A DNA stretch of 64,000 nt from Squalus acanthias (lineage: Eukaryota), in NCBI GenBank assembly GCA_030390025.1, contig CM059432.1, forward strand, positions 98,148,001 to 98,212,000. The letters are read 5' to 3'. This document shows, piece by piece, positions 36,989-51,893 of the stretch; positions within the stretch are counted from its first letter, which is position 1, and each line of letters starts with the position of its first letter. The notes under the pieces are model-generated. The model had not been told where the DNA came from, made no database searches, and worked only from the letters and a program-made list of their open reading frames with translations. The position numbers and the translations under genes were made by a program.

Positions 36989-38255
36989 ACTGCCTCCCAA
37001 ATGAGCACTGGAGCAGGATATCCCTCCCCATCACCACCCCCATTCCCCCCCCTCTGCTCTTTGCACAAGGAATCCCCGCCCCTGGCTCTTCCCTGTAAAG
37101 GGGAAGGCTGAGCTTCCACCCCTGACAAGGCAAGGATACTCCCAGAGATGGCAGACAGCCAGCACAACTGAGTCCAGAATTTTCTGCAGAATTCCACCAC
37201 TTTCCCCCTGGAGTTACAGCAAGTGAATGACAGAACCCTGAGGAATTTCAGCCCCAGTATGTTTTGGCTCACCATGTAATGCTGCACTAAGTGAAATATT
37301 TCCCAGCACTTTCTGACTGAAATAACTGCTGGTGCTTTTTTACTCCTGGGTATCAATTACTGATAATATTAGATCAATCTATTCTTACTTCCAAGTTTTC
37401 ACTGTTGAAATTGCATCGCTTACAACAGACTAAGAGATATTTCAGTCCGCTGCCAAAAATACATACTTTGACATGGTACAATGAGTCGAATTGCAGTTTA
37501 TTAAAGGCAGTCTAAACTGCAGTGAAATTTGTCTGCAGCAATTGAAGAGGAAGCTAGGTGCGGTACCTGATTATGCAGTTTAAAGAATCACGGTGCAAGA
37601 CTTCGGGATCCTTCAAAGGATTGTTTAAATATATGGGAAGACCAAAAGCCATGGAACAGGGTCACATTTCCCTATGGATACCCAATCTAGTGCCCTGGAT
37701 GAAAATTAGCAAAAGAAATCACACAACACTTTAAATACTGATAGACATGATTCCACAGTAACAATAGTGAAAAGCGAAAACAGAAACCCTTATACTGTTT
37801 ATTAACAACAAACTAACTCTAAGTTCATTAGTATGGTTCAGTCTCTTACCCCGAGACCCTCTCCTGAACATTAGTCCTGTCAGTAATTAGTTACAGTTCT
37901 GTAGCAAATGAGAAAAGATTGAAAGCTATTTAAATCTGAAAAATGAATAAGCTAAACCAGTTTGATTATTTACCAGAAAAAAGCTGCTGAAATGTCTTGA
38001 ATATTATTGAAAATGCTGATTTATTTTAGTATTTGAATATTTTTTCTTCAATTCTAGTTCTGAACTTATTTTAAATTTAACTACTTAGGCTACCTCTTAT
38101 TTTCTTCACAATCCAAATCCTGTAGTGTTGACATTCCTAGCAAGCAAAGATCGTTGGCATATTTGTATTTTTTCTTAACTTTGCTATAGGCTGAACAGTA
38201 ATATTGTGATAATATGGACTAAATTAAGCTTTCTCCGTACGATTAAGCACTCAAT

Positions 38256-41200
38256 GGCTGGAATTTTCCCATTGCTGAGCGTACGGGATGGGGGCGAGTC
38301 GGCAGTTAAAAGTGTGGAAATTGACAGCACGTCGGGAACCCGCTGTCATCCCGCTGACTTCCGCATTTAACTCGAACGTGTTTCGGGGCGCTCCACGGAC
38401 CCGCTCGGGAGAGTCAGGCGACCTCATTGAGGTAGTTAACTGCTCGTTGAGAGACCCTTAACTGCCTTTTTAACCTCAGGTTTTGGCTTTAACTTCTTGC
38501 GCACGGGATTCACACACCTTGGGAAGCTCGCCTGTGAAGGGGAGGCGGAAGCTCAGTGGCCATTGTGCGAGTCCATTACGTGACAGCTGGAAAAAACACA
38601 CACGTTACACCTGCTTCCTTGCCGAAGGGAAAGGCTCTTGCTGGCACCATTTTGTGCAATGATTTAGCTGTCAGGAGTTTGCAGGTCATTTCTGCAACCT
38701 CGGAAGCCACTCTCACCACATTGCTAGTCACTAGCAGTACATTGAAGGATTGTGCCTCTGCACTCTACATTACCTGCCATTTATTAGATCAGCATGGGTG
38801 CCGCTTATACTGTCTCACCTTGGACCTCAGAATTGGACCAAGATGAGCCCCAACACCAGCAACACCAGCCACACCAGCAGCAGCAGCCACAACACCAACA
38901 GGAGCAGCCTTCTCCTCAATGACCTGATGCTCCACAGGAGAGAGGGGGTCAGCACAGGGGTGCACCTCACCAGGGGCAATACCCCAACACAGGGTATACA
39001 GGCAGAGGATGAGCTTCCTGGACATGACTGAACAGCAGTGCCTCAGGAGGCTCAGGCTATCGTGCCAGGTCATCGCAGACATTTGTAGCTTGCTAGAACA
39101 AGACCTGCTGCCCAGAGGACCTGGTGGACATGCCTTACCAGTGGCTGTCAAAGTCACCACCGCCCTCAACTTCTTCGCCTTAGGCTCGTTCCAGGATCTG
39201 CAGCAGACATTTGCAGGATCTCACAGTCGGCTGCCCACAGATGCATCACCTAGGTGACTGATGCCATGTTTCACAAGTCAGCCAATTATGTAAACTTTGC
39301 CACTGATGAAGCCAGTGTTACTGAGCGGGCGCTCGGCTTTGCACCTCTGGTTGGCTTCCCACAGGTGCACAGCATCATTGACTGCACACATGCAGCAATC
39401 AAGGCACCCCCACATCACCCAGCCACATCTGCAAGGGCTTCCACTCCCTCAATGTGCAGCTCATCTGCAACCATAAAAAGATCATCATGCATGTGTGCAC
39501 CAGGTTTGCTGACAGCTGTCATGACTCTTTCGTGCTGCACCCGTCCACCCTCCCTCAGCTCTTCGCACCTCCAAACAGACTTATCAGCCGGTTGCTTGGA
39601 GACAAGGGCTATCCACTGAAGACGTAGCTGATGCCACCCTTGAGGAGGCCAAGCAATGAGGCCGAGGTGCATATTACCGAGGTGCTTATTAATGACAGCC
39701 ACATGTCCAACAGTTGTGTTATAGAGCAAGCAACTGGCATGATGAAGATGGGCTTCAGACGCCTTGACTGATCTGGTGGCACCCTTCAGTATGCACCAGC
39801 CAGGGCCTCCAGAATCATCGTCATATGCTGCGTGCTGTAAACATAGCGCAGCAGCAAGAATTGGAGCTGTAGGAGGAGCAAGGAGCAGGGCACAGAGCAC
39901 ACAGCCTCTTCGGAGGAGGAGGAGGAACAGGTGGAACACGAAGAGGAGCAGGAGGATGAGGAGGAGGAAGAGGAACCTGAGGTGGAGATGGCACCAGCAG
40001 TGGCACACATTGCTGCCCGGGAGGCCCGGGATGGCCTCATAATGGCCGGATTTACTTAACTTGCACCAGTACACCCATAAGGCTCCCAGATGCTGTACTA
40101 ACTGCACCCACCACCCCAACAACACCACAAAGCAGTTCCACAATGACCAAGCCATTCCTGTCACCCAAACCCCCATTGCTCAAGGTTAAGTAATGTCTCA
40201 CCATTCACTCCAAATGATAAATGCACTTCCCAGGTAGCAGACAAAAATGGACAAGACGGTAATGTTGTGCAAAGAAATAAATTTATGTGCATCATAAATA
40301 TAACTGAAACTTAACATTAACATTTTTTCATGCACCCATGTGCTGACCCTTGTGCATCTAGGATTGTGTCTTTTTTCATTTACGTGTGCTTCTACGAGGT
40401 GCAACCCCTATGGCTTCAGCAGAGGCAGGCTGCTCCCTTCCCTGCTGTGACTGCTTAGACACTTCTGGCGATGTCCTTTGGGTTTTGAAGCTGTGAGGGC
40501 CCCGCCAAAGACTGCTCCTCCTGCAACAGTGCAGGGCAGACTCGGCCATCAGGATCCGAGGCAGCATGTGGGGCTCTGACTGAGGGGGAGGCAATGGGGG
40601 AGAAGTGGGAACGCTTTGAGAAGAGCCTCTACTTCCATGTCCCCTCTCACCATCCCTCTCATGGGCCACCCACACTTCCCTGCTAGCAAGGAGCTGGAGA
40701 GCACCTTGCTGCACAGCAGTGGGGCCATGAACGCCCAAGTCTATGTTTATATCCCTCCTCGAGATGAGGCCAATGAGCGTCTGCAATCTATTGTTCACAG
40801 CAAGCATGTTCTCGTTGGACAGGCGCATTAGCTGCTCCATGCAGGTGGCCATCCTTTCCATGGAACAGCATACCATCGCCATTTCCTGTGAGATGGTGGT
40901 GCTCATGCTGGAGATGGACTCCTCCATTCTCTGTACAGTTGCACACATCGCGGCTGCAAAAGCTGCCAGAGCCTTGCGCATTTGTTGCTGCTCCTCCAAG
41001 ATCACCCTCTTTCTCGATGGCCCCTGAGGTTCAGCATCTGCATGCAGCTCAGCAGAGCGTGGAGCATCCTGCGCCCTCCGGCGAGGACTTTCCACTGCTG
41101 TCCCTGTCTCCACCATCTGCTCTTGCTCACTTCTGATGTGTGAGACAACAGATGACAACACTAATCTATCTCTCACAGGACCCCCCGAGGTGTGCGTATC

Positions 41201-41635
41201 TGTGCTGGTACTGGGTGCACATGGGTGTGCTGACGGCACACCCTCAGAGACTGGAGCTTCCTCTGTGGAGTCGTCTCCCTCCTCTGGCTGGACAATGGTG
41301 GGTGGGGGGGAAGGGGCATGTAATGGACCTGTGGGAGAGTAAAGAGATGAATTGGAAGTCTTATGATAAGAATGGGTAATGTTACCATTAAGCACATGAT
41401 GGCATTTTACTGGCTGCTGACATCAGTCACCATGAGTGACTGTTGTATGCCATGTGGCTGTATGAGATTTAATTCTGTCACCAGGTTGCTGGGAGGTCCC
41501 CCTCTCTCCATCTCCTACCACCAGCAGCTCTGCAACTCCAGAGATTTCGAGCGCCTCTTCCTCTGCTGGAGTCAAATTGGTGAATATTGAAGGGCCACCT
41601 CCGGTTCTCTGCCTCTCCCTGTTATTGTGGGCTTT
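38256..41635 (+). mobile_element. Decayed Harbinger: transposase pseudogene 38794-40059 (+), Myb exons 2-3 on - (exon 3 40376-41328), one end missing
   Basis: [30 protein letters not shown] and IIDCTH in shifting frames. GGCTGGAATTTT left end. Confidence 0.9.
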
Positions 41636-42547
41636 CAATTGATGCAATTGAGTTAAACATGCAGTGTAGAATGCGCTGTTGAAAAGTTTGGGATTGCTGT
41701 TGGCAGATTGGTGATTCAGCATATTAGAACCTTAAATTGCACTCTACCACTTTTTTTAATGTGGAGTCAGGCTTATTTAGTATTCTGTTTCCTGATATTT
41801 GTGGATACAGCTGCACTGACTCTGGGGAGAAATAATCACCAATAAACATCTGAAATCAATTTGAAAAAAAAGACACAAATGACATTCATAGTCAGTGTTT
41901 TCTCTTCCAAATGCCTGTTGCAAGAAAAGGGAAGAAGAAGCCCATCAATATGTATAAGCTAAGACTATGGGAAGAATTTTCTTCCAAATTTTGGGCAGAC
42001 ATCCAGCTGCTAGGGGCAGACAATTGAGCAGGGACCCATTGTACCAGAACCCCAATCATTTCTACAGTTGTCCCGACCCTGAGGAATCACTCCTGCCAGA
42101 TGCCAACAGCACCCACCCAGATACGAGGGACGTATTTAATTCAGGTGGTAATGATGGTGTGATGTTGTACATTGCATTTTCCATAATGAGTGCCTCAGTA
42201 ATGTGAGGACATAAGGAACACCTGCATACAACAGTCATCAAGTTTGCGAAGTGATGCAAAATGCATTAAACAATTTAAATGGCTAGAGCAGGTACTGAGA
42301 TCGATAGAGAGATGATTAATCGTGATTTCCACATTATTTAATGATAGAATCTTTGTCAGGGGCAACAATATGGATCTATTTTTGGAGGCTGCCTGGCCTT
42401 TAAAGCTGCAGCTGTCCAGATCCTATAGCCACATCTGTTTCCTCAGTCTCCCCCAATGATGAACTCAGAAGCGCAAGTCATAATATCAGCAGGACCCCTT
42501 CAAAAATATGGACCTGACTGCAGAAAATCTGCTGTCATTAACACTGA

Positions 42548-45500
42548 GGCCTAGAAATTCAGGGGTTTAGCTTTGGCTGTTAATGCCTGTTTTGATGAAA
42601 AATGGCAGCTGACTCCTTCTGGCAGGTCCCGTGGTGGCTGCCATTTTGGGCAGGTCGGCAGCACTGCCGTTGCCTGCGCTGGCTGCAGAAACGGAAATGA
42701 GGCAGATTGTGATGTCAATGAGTGTGCAACGCTCATTCGACGCCTCATCTGTCATTTTCGACGTCGCCGCTCCAGTTACCGCTCTCTCTTAATCACGACC
42801 AGCTGACCAAGCGTTCAGTAGCAGGTAGGAGCCCCCAGCAGCGCTATTTAAAGGGATCATCATCAACAACTTTCAGCTGACATGGTTTCTCAGTTTGACT
42901 GGCGCTGCCTAAGTTTCTGCAACTCTTGCAGCTTTCTAAACTTGTTTACGTTTGCTGAGGTGACGGAGTGTTGGTGCAAGTGGAGAATGCCTTCATTTTC
43001 ATTTAAAGGCTTCCGCTCACACTACTTGCTCACAGTCATGGAGGCTCTACTTGCAGTCCCCCTCGCGCTCGAGTATCTTCAGGATAGGGAGCAGAGCGGA
43101 GCAGCGAAGAAGAGGAGAAAATGCTCGCAGAGGAAGGAGGAGCAGGAGGACTCCCAACAGGAAGCCTTAACCACCTAGAGTCTTCTGAGAGCACTTTGCT
43201 TACCGCCACTTAAGCGAGGAGCAGTGTATTAGGAGGCTCCGCTTCACCAAGGTGATGGTCACAGAACTCTGCTACCTCCTGCAACCAGACCTGCAGCCTC
43301 AGAGCACGGCGAACACGGCTCTCCCAGTGGCCCTCAAGGTCACCGTGGCCCTCAATTTCTTCGCCAGTGGATCCTTCCAGACTGCAGCAGGAGACATAGC
43401 TAACATCTCCCAGTTCACCATCCATCGCTGCATGCAGGAGGCCACAGAGGCTCTGTATTCCAGGAGAAAGGACTACATTGTCTTCTCTCTGAACAGAGAG
43501 AAGCAAGACGAGCGCACATGTGGCTTTGCCAGAATAGCAGGCTTCCCCATGGTGCAGGGCGCCATCGACTGCAGACACGTGGCTTTGCAGGCACCGTATA
43601 CCAATCCTGAGATGCTCCGTAACTGCAAAGGCTAACACTTAATGTGCAGTTGTTGTGCGACCACGCCAAGCGATTCCTCAATGTCAATGCTCACTATCTT
43701 GGTAGCAGTCATGATGCCTTCATCCTGCGCCAGTCCGGTGTACCAGCAATCTTCCAGCCAAATGCCAAATCCGAGGGTGGATGCTTGGAGGCAAGCGCTA
43801 TCCGCTCTGCACCTGGCTGATGCCTCCCCTCCACAACCCCACCACTCCTGCCCAGCACTCATATAATGACAGCCACGCTGCCACCAGGAACTTCAGTGAT
43901 CGGACCATCTGCCTTGACTGCACGGGAGGAGCCCTTTAGCACTCCCGGAGCTGGTGTCCCATTTTGTGGTGGTCTACTGCACGCTCCTCTACTTGTCCAT
44001 CATGCAAGTGCAGCCCTTGCCACCAGGGATTGCAGGACCATCCCAGGAGGAGGAGGAGGAAGAGGAGGGAGGGAGGAGGCAGGCAGCAAATCCCCATTCT
44101 GTACAGCTGTCTGTGAACTTCTCCTCAGACACCGATTCCATTGAATGAAACCACAGATCCCCGTTGCTCACCACTTCCCCATCATACCATCCCTCTGTCA
44201 CGGAACATCACACCGTCCTCCTGGGCACAAAGCTGAAATGAGAGCCACCACAAGACACACATTCCAAACAAAAATCATAAATTTATCCAAATCCAATCAA
44301 AATTACAATATCAACTCATCACCCATGTGCATTCCCTTAGTGCCTGTCGTTCGTGTGCCTTTACCTACTCTCATGCTGCTATGCAGTGCTCACCCAGCAT
44401 GGCTATTGGAAGGTTGCTGACTTTCAGTGGGGGAGACAACAGATGGCCTCAACCAGCTGTGGACCTAGAATGCCTGGCTGTAGACTGCATCACCTCGGCA
44501 TGGGCGGCAGCAGTCTGGACTGGCTGGCTGATAGGCAGTAGCAAGGGCAATGGGGGAGTGGCAGTGGTGGAGGTAGGAATGCTGTCATCATGAGAGAGGA
44601 CAGCAGGTTCTTGATTCACAGACCCACTGCCACTCCCCCAGGGCAGTGTCTCAGCATCCTTAGCAATCTGTTGAAGGACAGATTGCTGGGCTGCTGCAAC
44701 ACCTTGCAAGCCTCTTTCAACACTTGTAAACCCAGCCACAATGGCAGCAGTCTGAGATTGCGTGGCAGCAAGCTGACCCTGCAGGAGAGCAGTCTGCGCT
44801 TCCATTGGGTTGCTTCCGCCTGTGCTGCAATGGAAGCCGTGACATCGCCATCACACACAGCATCATGGTTGGGTCCACAAGGTCTCTCCTGAAGTTGTCC
44901 ATCATTTCCATCCTGGAAATCATGGGCTCCAAGCTCTGCAAAAAGCCCCGTCCAATGTTGGAGCCGGACTCCTCCATGCTCCTTGACACTGACAAGAGGC
45001 TCTCTGGCAGGCTTGCCATTGCACCAAGTATTTCTGTGTGCTTGCCCATCACCCTTCTTCTGAAGGCTGCCCCATTGAGGTCATCATCTGAGCCCTGTGC
45101 GGCGATCTCGCCCTCTGGGGAGCTGGAACCCGAGCTACCCCTTCCCCCTGGCCTGGCTGCAGCCCACTCATGCCCGGTGCCTCACCATGTGCAGATCCTT
45201 CCTCTACCCTCTAAATTCCGCGCAGTGCCAGTTTCTGAGCTGGTGTCTGCGAGTATCAGATGCAGTGCTGATATGTCTTCTTCTTCTCCTCCATCAGTCT
45301 CCTCCTCAAGTTCAGGGACAGGCTGGCCTGCTGGCAGTTCTTGGGTATCTGAAAGCAGAAAGGCACAAGGGTCAGCTTATGGTGAGGGGAGTGGGAGGGG
45401 AATGCTATATATCTACGCATTACAATCAGCAGCTTTTAAGTGAGAAGAGATTGTGGGATGAGCGGGAAGTGGGATGTGAGAAGAAGAATTAGGTATGACC

Positions 45501-47995
45501 ATACCGTCATTATCAGCAACGGCTTCATCTTCTCTGGTGGCCATGGACGCCGTCACTGCCCCTCCAATAATGTCAAGCACTGATTCCTCCAGGTCGTTGA
45601 GGTTCTGTATTGTGGCTTGGCCACCTCCCATCTGCCGTTGCTCCCTCCTGTTTTGAGCCACCTTTGTCTGCAAGAGAAAGGGAAGTGTGTGAGTGAATGT
45701 GGTGCAATGTGTTTGGGTGATGTGCCTGCCATAGTTGAATAGCTGTCAGTGTGTGCAAGGTGAGAGATGTGGGTGTGAGTGTTACAGCAGTGGTAAGGTT
45801 GTGAGGGTGAAGTGAAGCTATGATTGTGAGGTATGAGTGATGATATGTAGAGATTGTTGGTAGCTGGGGGTGGTGCATTGAGCAGTGTGTGAAACTTGTG
45901 GTGCAGATGGTGGGATATGGCATTTGCTGAAGCCTTCACTCACCTTGACCTGCCGTGTGAGGTCTGTAAGGGGTCACGGTGCTGGTGCGAGGTGAGGCCT
46001 TCGTTGCCTATACTATTGCTTGCTCTGGTCTCCGGCCAGACTTTTGCAATAAGCACCTGTGAGTGGTTCGACCCACTCGCCCTTATGGTTCTGACACCTG
46101 GACTTAGATGCAAGGAGCAGTAATGCAGAGAAAAGACTCAAATAGACCCGGTCGAATAGCACGAAATGAATATCTTTATTGCATGGCGTCTAAAATCATG
46201 AAATACATGTCATAGGCGCAGATCAAAGAGAGTACAAGTATACACACGTTCATAAAGCTTGGTCTATGGAAATGGGGAACACACGACACATCGTAAAAGG
46301 GGGAACACATTATACATTAACCTTAGAAAAACCACCCTCCCTCAATATACCTAAACTACGTCTGGATTTGTAGGATCGGAAAACATGCTCACCACTCGGC
46401 TCACTTCGGAAATTTAAAGTGAGGCACTCAGCTCGTGTCGCTGCAGCGCCTGACTGTCACGTGGTTGTAAGGGTTTCTGCACCCCACTTGTTTACTCTCG
46501 CTGCCGCGAAAGGCAAGCCAGACTCCCTGATGTCATGAAGTGGTCGATGGATTCAGACCGGATCGTGCAGTAATCCGTAGAATTCAAAGGAAACGGTTCA
46601 TGTACTAGTCTGTAGAATTCAAAGATGGATTATGTCATCATATCTTCGGACGCGGTCGGGGTTTACTGACCGTGGCGGCACGTGGAATTTCTTCTCGTCT
46701 TTCTTCTCGTCTTTCTTCTGGTTGCTCGGGCCTCTGGGTCCGGACACCGTTTACCGACGCTCGGGATGGTGTACCCTGTTACTTGCCCTGTTGAGGCGGC
46801 TCGTTCCGATTGAGCTCCACCCAACACTCGAATAACCGACCAGCACGGCTAAGAGTCATGAGCCAAAAGTCAAGGAAGAGTCCAGGAAGGGAGAGAGAGA
46901 GTCAAGAGACCGATGGACATTTGTCCTCTATAGTTATACTGTTTTGTCGGCCTTATCTCCCGCTCAAATCTAAATGTAATCCTTTGTGTGATTTTGGCGG
47001 CCAAAACTCCCAGCATGGGGCGATTATCTTCTTAACGGGTTTCGGTAACACCTGAAACTGGCCAACTATCCGTTAATACCTTCCCCATTGTTGAGCCAGC
47101 CAGGATGTGTATGGATCGTCTCCTCGACTGGTTTTGGGGCCCCCCAAATACTGGCTTAATCACCCGCCAATGTCTCTCTCATTGTTGAGCCGGGGGGGTA
47201 TTTGTGTATTGATGTGTCTGGATGGGTTCTCGATGGCCCAGTTCAATGATCCTTACTGTGCGTAGGAAACGATTCCAGCACTTATATCATTGCTATTGTT
47301 CAGGATGCAAACGGGTTGCATCCTGCCTTTTCAATGTGTACCGAGTATGATCCGATCTCATACTGAATGTATATTCGACGCCATCTTGTCTGCCCACTGT
47401 GTCTCTGGAAGCTTCTGCCACGATGCGCGGTGGCCATTTTACAGGCTTCTGTGTCCTTTATTATCAGGACAGCATTTTGTTTAATAAAAATGATCAATTG
47501 AATCTGCTTCTCTCATGTTATTTTGAATCGCGATAATTGCAAAACTCTACAGGTCATTAAACTTTTTCAGCACTGGATCCCGGTCCTTGGGACAACACTG
47601 GTGGCCGTGATGGAGTCAGCAATCTTCTCCCACAGCCTTTTGCAAATGGTCCTGGATGGCCTCCTGCCACCCTGTGGGTACAGGACAGCCCACCTTCATT
47701 GCACGGCCATGACCAAGGCCTCCAGTGCAGCATCTGAGAACCTTCTTGCTTGCTCCCTTGGTCATTATGCCAATGCTTGCTGTACAATGACAGTGAGGTG
47801 CTTCTGCAACAAAGCATCTCCCCTTTAAGTAGTGCAGAGAGCCTAGGCTTTACTTTCATACAAAAGCAAAATACTGCGGATGCTGGGAATCTGAAAAAGA
47901 AAATTGCGTGCTGCCTGCACCACTTTGAACAGGCGCAGGCAAATAGCGCTGGCTATGACACCACACACTTTTGGGCCATATCCAATTTCTAGGCC
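42548..47995 (+). mobile_element. Decayed Harbinger with both ends: transposase pseudogene 43038-44144 (+), Myb gene on -, exon 1 split by a solo LTR
   Basis: Perfect 12-bp TIR GGCCTAGAAATT and TSD TGA on both sides. GAIDCRH motif. The KKFNDLTRQVK coding sequence is split at 45964/47552. Confidence 0.93.
45965..47551 (-). mobile_element. Solo LTR, family A, 1587 bp
   Basis: Minus strand reads TGTAGA...CCCCTTACA with TSD GGTC (45961-45964, 47552-47555). AATAAA at 46175-46180. Confidence 0.92.
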
Positions 47996-49225
47996 TGAAT
48001 ACGTTGGGCGGCGGATACCCCCCCACCCACTCCCCCTTCCCACAACACTTCCACCAGATATTGCATCAGCGAGGAAAATCTTGTCCTGCCTTATTCACAC
48101 ATGAAAATAATACACAGAAGCAGAAAGATAGACACAATGGCCCTGAAATTCTACTGTGGGAGACCAGCAGAACCCTCAAGGATACAGCATAAATAAGAGT
48201 TATGGTGGGAGTCAAGGTGAACTCTCGCTGAATTTCAGGGTCAAGTGCAATATAGTGCAATAATTTAACTTACACTACTACACACAAACTGGCTTGCCTG
48301 TTTAAAAGGACAGTTCTTTAAACTGACAGTATTTGCATAAACCTTTATCATCTTTTCATGTATAGAAGCATGGCAAATCAAACACTGAAAGCCATGTGAA
48401 AATCTCTAGATTATAATTATATTTCCTTTTGAAGACAAAGCACATTCCTGGAAGATTGTATCACCTATTTAACTTTGATTGCATTGGGCATCAAAGCAAC
48501 AGTGATGTATTATAATGTGCCATTGATACCAATCCCAAACAACCCTTCAGAATATAGAATTCCAAGTGCTTAGCAATCTTGGAAAACTCTCAATCCAACA
48601 GGTGGAGCATCATAGTAGTTACATCTCTGCCTGTCAAGCTATATATATCAGCACCATTTAAACCTGTTTACCAGGTATCAAAGGCAACCCTTTTATCAGC
48701 TATCTCTCTCCTGCAGACTAATTTGCCTAAAATTTCCAGATTGGGCATGATCCTGACTGGATGTGGGGCAGAACGGGATTCATACTTGTGCAATGTAATG
48801 AATGTGATCCCACCATAATTTCTGGGGTCAGCCTCATTTGAATAATTGGGGCAAGCTCCATGTGTTAGAAATGCATCTGATTGGGAGCTTGCCTGATAGC
48901 GGGTGAAAGATAGTATGCAACAAAAAGGGCTAGGCAATATCTCAGTAGTTTTTGCTTCAGTAAAGAAATTACTAACTTGAACATTGTTTGTGAGGTCTAT
49001 TCAAGGGCAGAAATTCCTTTGCGCTGTGAATTCTGCTGTGGAAGTACTGCTACAGGAGATCAGGCAGAGAAGGAAGTTGTTCTTTGGGACAGAGGGATGA
49101 AGGACCCCCAATGCTAAAATCTAGTGGGAAGACATGGCCAGGACACTCAGTGCCAAATCTAGCACCCCATGCACAGTGCTGGAAAATGCTTAACAACCCT
49201 ACCAGGTAAGAGGAGTCAGCTGTAC

Positions 49226-50255
49226 CTTCAGAGAATGTGGAACTCACTACCATATGGAATAGTTGAGGTGAATAGCATAGCTGTATTTAAAGAGAAGCTA
49301 GGTAAGTACATGAGGGAGAAAGGAATAGAAGAATATGTTGATAGGGTGAGATGAAGTAAAGTGGGAGGAAACTCGTGTGGAACATAAATACCGACATACT
49401 TGTCTTCAGTCCCCGCCACAAACTCTGTTCCTTAGCCACCGACTCCATCCCTCTCTCTGGCAACTGGTTGAGACTGAACCAGAACATTCGCAGACTTGGA
49501 GTCTTATTTGAACCTTGAATTGAGCCGGTACATCACCAAGACCACCTATTTCCACCTCCGTAACATTGCCCAACTCTGCCCTTGCTTCAGCTTATCTGCT
49601 GTTGAAACCATCATCCATGCCTTTGTTATCTCCAGACTTGATGCTCTCAATGATGCTCGATTCCAATGCTCTCCTGGCCGGCCTCTCATCTTCCACCCTA
49701 CATAAACCTGAGCTCATCTAAAACTCTGCTGCCCGTATCCTAACTCCACCTAGTCCCATTCACCCATCACCCCTGTGCTCACTGACCTACATTACCTCCT
49801 GGTCCGGCAACGCCTGTATTTTAAAATTCCCATCCTTGTTTTCAAATCCCTCCATGGCCTCACCCTTCCCTATCTCTGTAACTTCCTCAAGCCCTACAAC
49901 CCTCCGAGATCTCTATGCTTCTCCAATTCTGGCCTCTTGCGCATCCCTGATTTTAATCGCTCCACCATTGGCGGCTGTGCCTTCAGCTGCTAAGCTCTGA
50001 AATTCCCTCCCTAAACCTCTCTACCTTTCTACCTCTGTCTTGTCCTTTAAGACGCTCCTTAAAACCAACCACTTCGACCAAGCTTTTGGTCATCTGTCCC
50101 AATATCTCCTTATGTGGTGCGGTATCAAATTTTGTTTAGCAACGCTCCTGTAAAGTTCCTTGGAACGATTTACTATGTTAAAGAGCTATATAAATGCAAG
50201 TTGTTGTTGGGCTGAATGGCCTGTTTTTGTGCTCTAAAATTCTCTGTAATTCTAG
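49226..50255 (+). mobile_element. CR1 3' end with an L2-type LINE 3' fragment (~49400-50209) inside it
   Basis: QRMWNSLP (CR1). YFHLRNIAQL...HAFVISRLD and LTDLHYLLVRQRLYFK (L2-type RT C-terminus). Tail TAAATGCAAGTTGTTGTTG. Confidence 0.85.
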
Positions 50256-50559
50256 AATGCACTGTACTGAGCTTGTTGTAAACTTTCACTGACTTCCCTC
50301 TCAAACTGTGCTAAATGCTTGAATTGTATATTCTCTAAGATAGTGCAGTGCCTTGTACACCCCTGACCTTCAACTGGAAGTTACCCTCCACTCACAGCCT
50401 TCACCCCAAATGCCTCACATGGAATATAATTGTTTGTTGCATTCATCTGTCATCACACCCATGATGGGCTCCATGCTGACACTTTGGTTTCCCTGCATTT
50501 CATTGAAAAAAAATGCAATTTTTACTTCTTGTCTCCTTTTTCAAGTGGAAGACACTCCG

Positions 50560-51790
50560 TTACAGTCGAAAAAGAGCTGCAGATGGAGAGGGTCCCCAAA
50601 CCTCAGACATATAATCACATAGAAGCGTACCAAATTCTGGGGATGGAGGCCATGGAGGATGTCAGGGATGGGGAAGTAGCAGGTAAGCTGAGGTTTTGCC
50701 ATTCTGCTGCTATTCCTTCTATACCACAGGCTGTCAGTGAACCATATCAGGAAACCCTCATGTCAACCTTTTACTGAAAATGACATGCAAGCTCCACTCC
50801 TCAGGAAACCATTTTAACCTCTCTTTCTCTTTACTTCCTCTAAATGTTCTGCAACAAGAAGACATATACCTTTTAGCATTTGGCTATGTCAGCACTTTGT
50901 AGCATGCACTGTAATTCCCTCTATCCCTCCTGAGCACCAAATCAGAGACATCCAGCCCAGGGGAGTTAAACATTAAGCCAGAGGGGAATGCATTGGGTAA
51001 CACGCAGAGCACGAGTGAGCAGGAACACCTGGTGGTGGCACATAGGGAGAAAGATATTGCTGGCCAGAGTATCAGGAGGTGTCACCTCTTAGAAAACCTG
51101 AGGATCCTGTGTTTAAACGGATGATACTAGCAGAACAGCAAGCATTGGTTCAGAAATTGGGAGCGGAATCAAATTGTGCTGCAGATGGTGTCTTGAGTGA
51201 AGAAATCCACAAGTGCCATGTATAGTACATTGGAGGATGCTTAAACCACACCATAGCACTAAATGGAACAGGTGGCAGCCCCAAGGACATCTGCAGCGGA
51301 GATACTTGTGACTGGCCCAAAGGCAGTCTTCACCTCTTCTATGGATGGTCTGGCTGCTGCTATGGAGGCCTGGAGTGCCAGCTTGGAGAGGGCTGCCTTT
51401 TCCAGCTTCAACATGCTTAGCAGTGGTTAGACACCCATGAGTGTGGGCTTCACTGATCTCATTGGTGCCATTAGGTCTACATTTCTGCCGATCTGTGGTC
51501 ATAGTGAGACATTTCCCAGAACGACTGGGATGACAGGAAGGCACACAGAGAATGGTGCTGCCCATCAGCATAGCAGTGCATGTGTGTCCTCCCCCCAACC
51601 ACCTACTATTCCTACACATATGACTGAAGCAGCCACAAGAGGTGCAGCCTGCAGTAGGTCCATTCCAGAACTTCACTGTGCAGACCCAAGAGGCCCCAAG
51701 TGGAACATGTTTTACACACTTCTGTCTTGACACTTAGTAGCGCCTAGGAGAAGCACTAGCTTAGAGTATAGAGCTCCTACAGCACATACT
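50560..51790 (+). mobile_element. Very old Harbinger Myb-gene remnant
   Basis: Patchy similarity to exon 2 and to the exon 3 end of other copies. Confidence 0.35.
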
Positions 51791-51893
51791 GACGCTAGAC
51801 CCTAGCTGGACTGTATTGTAAGATACCCCCAGATTGATCCAGGCACCAGGAGCGCAACTTCCATATGCTCAATTGTGAATCTGTTGGCCACAT

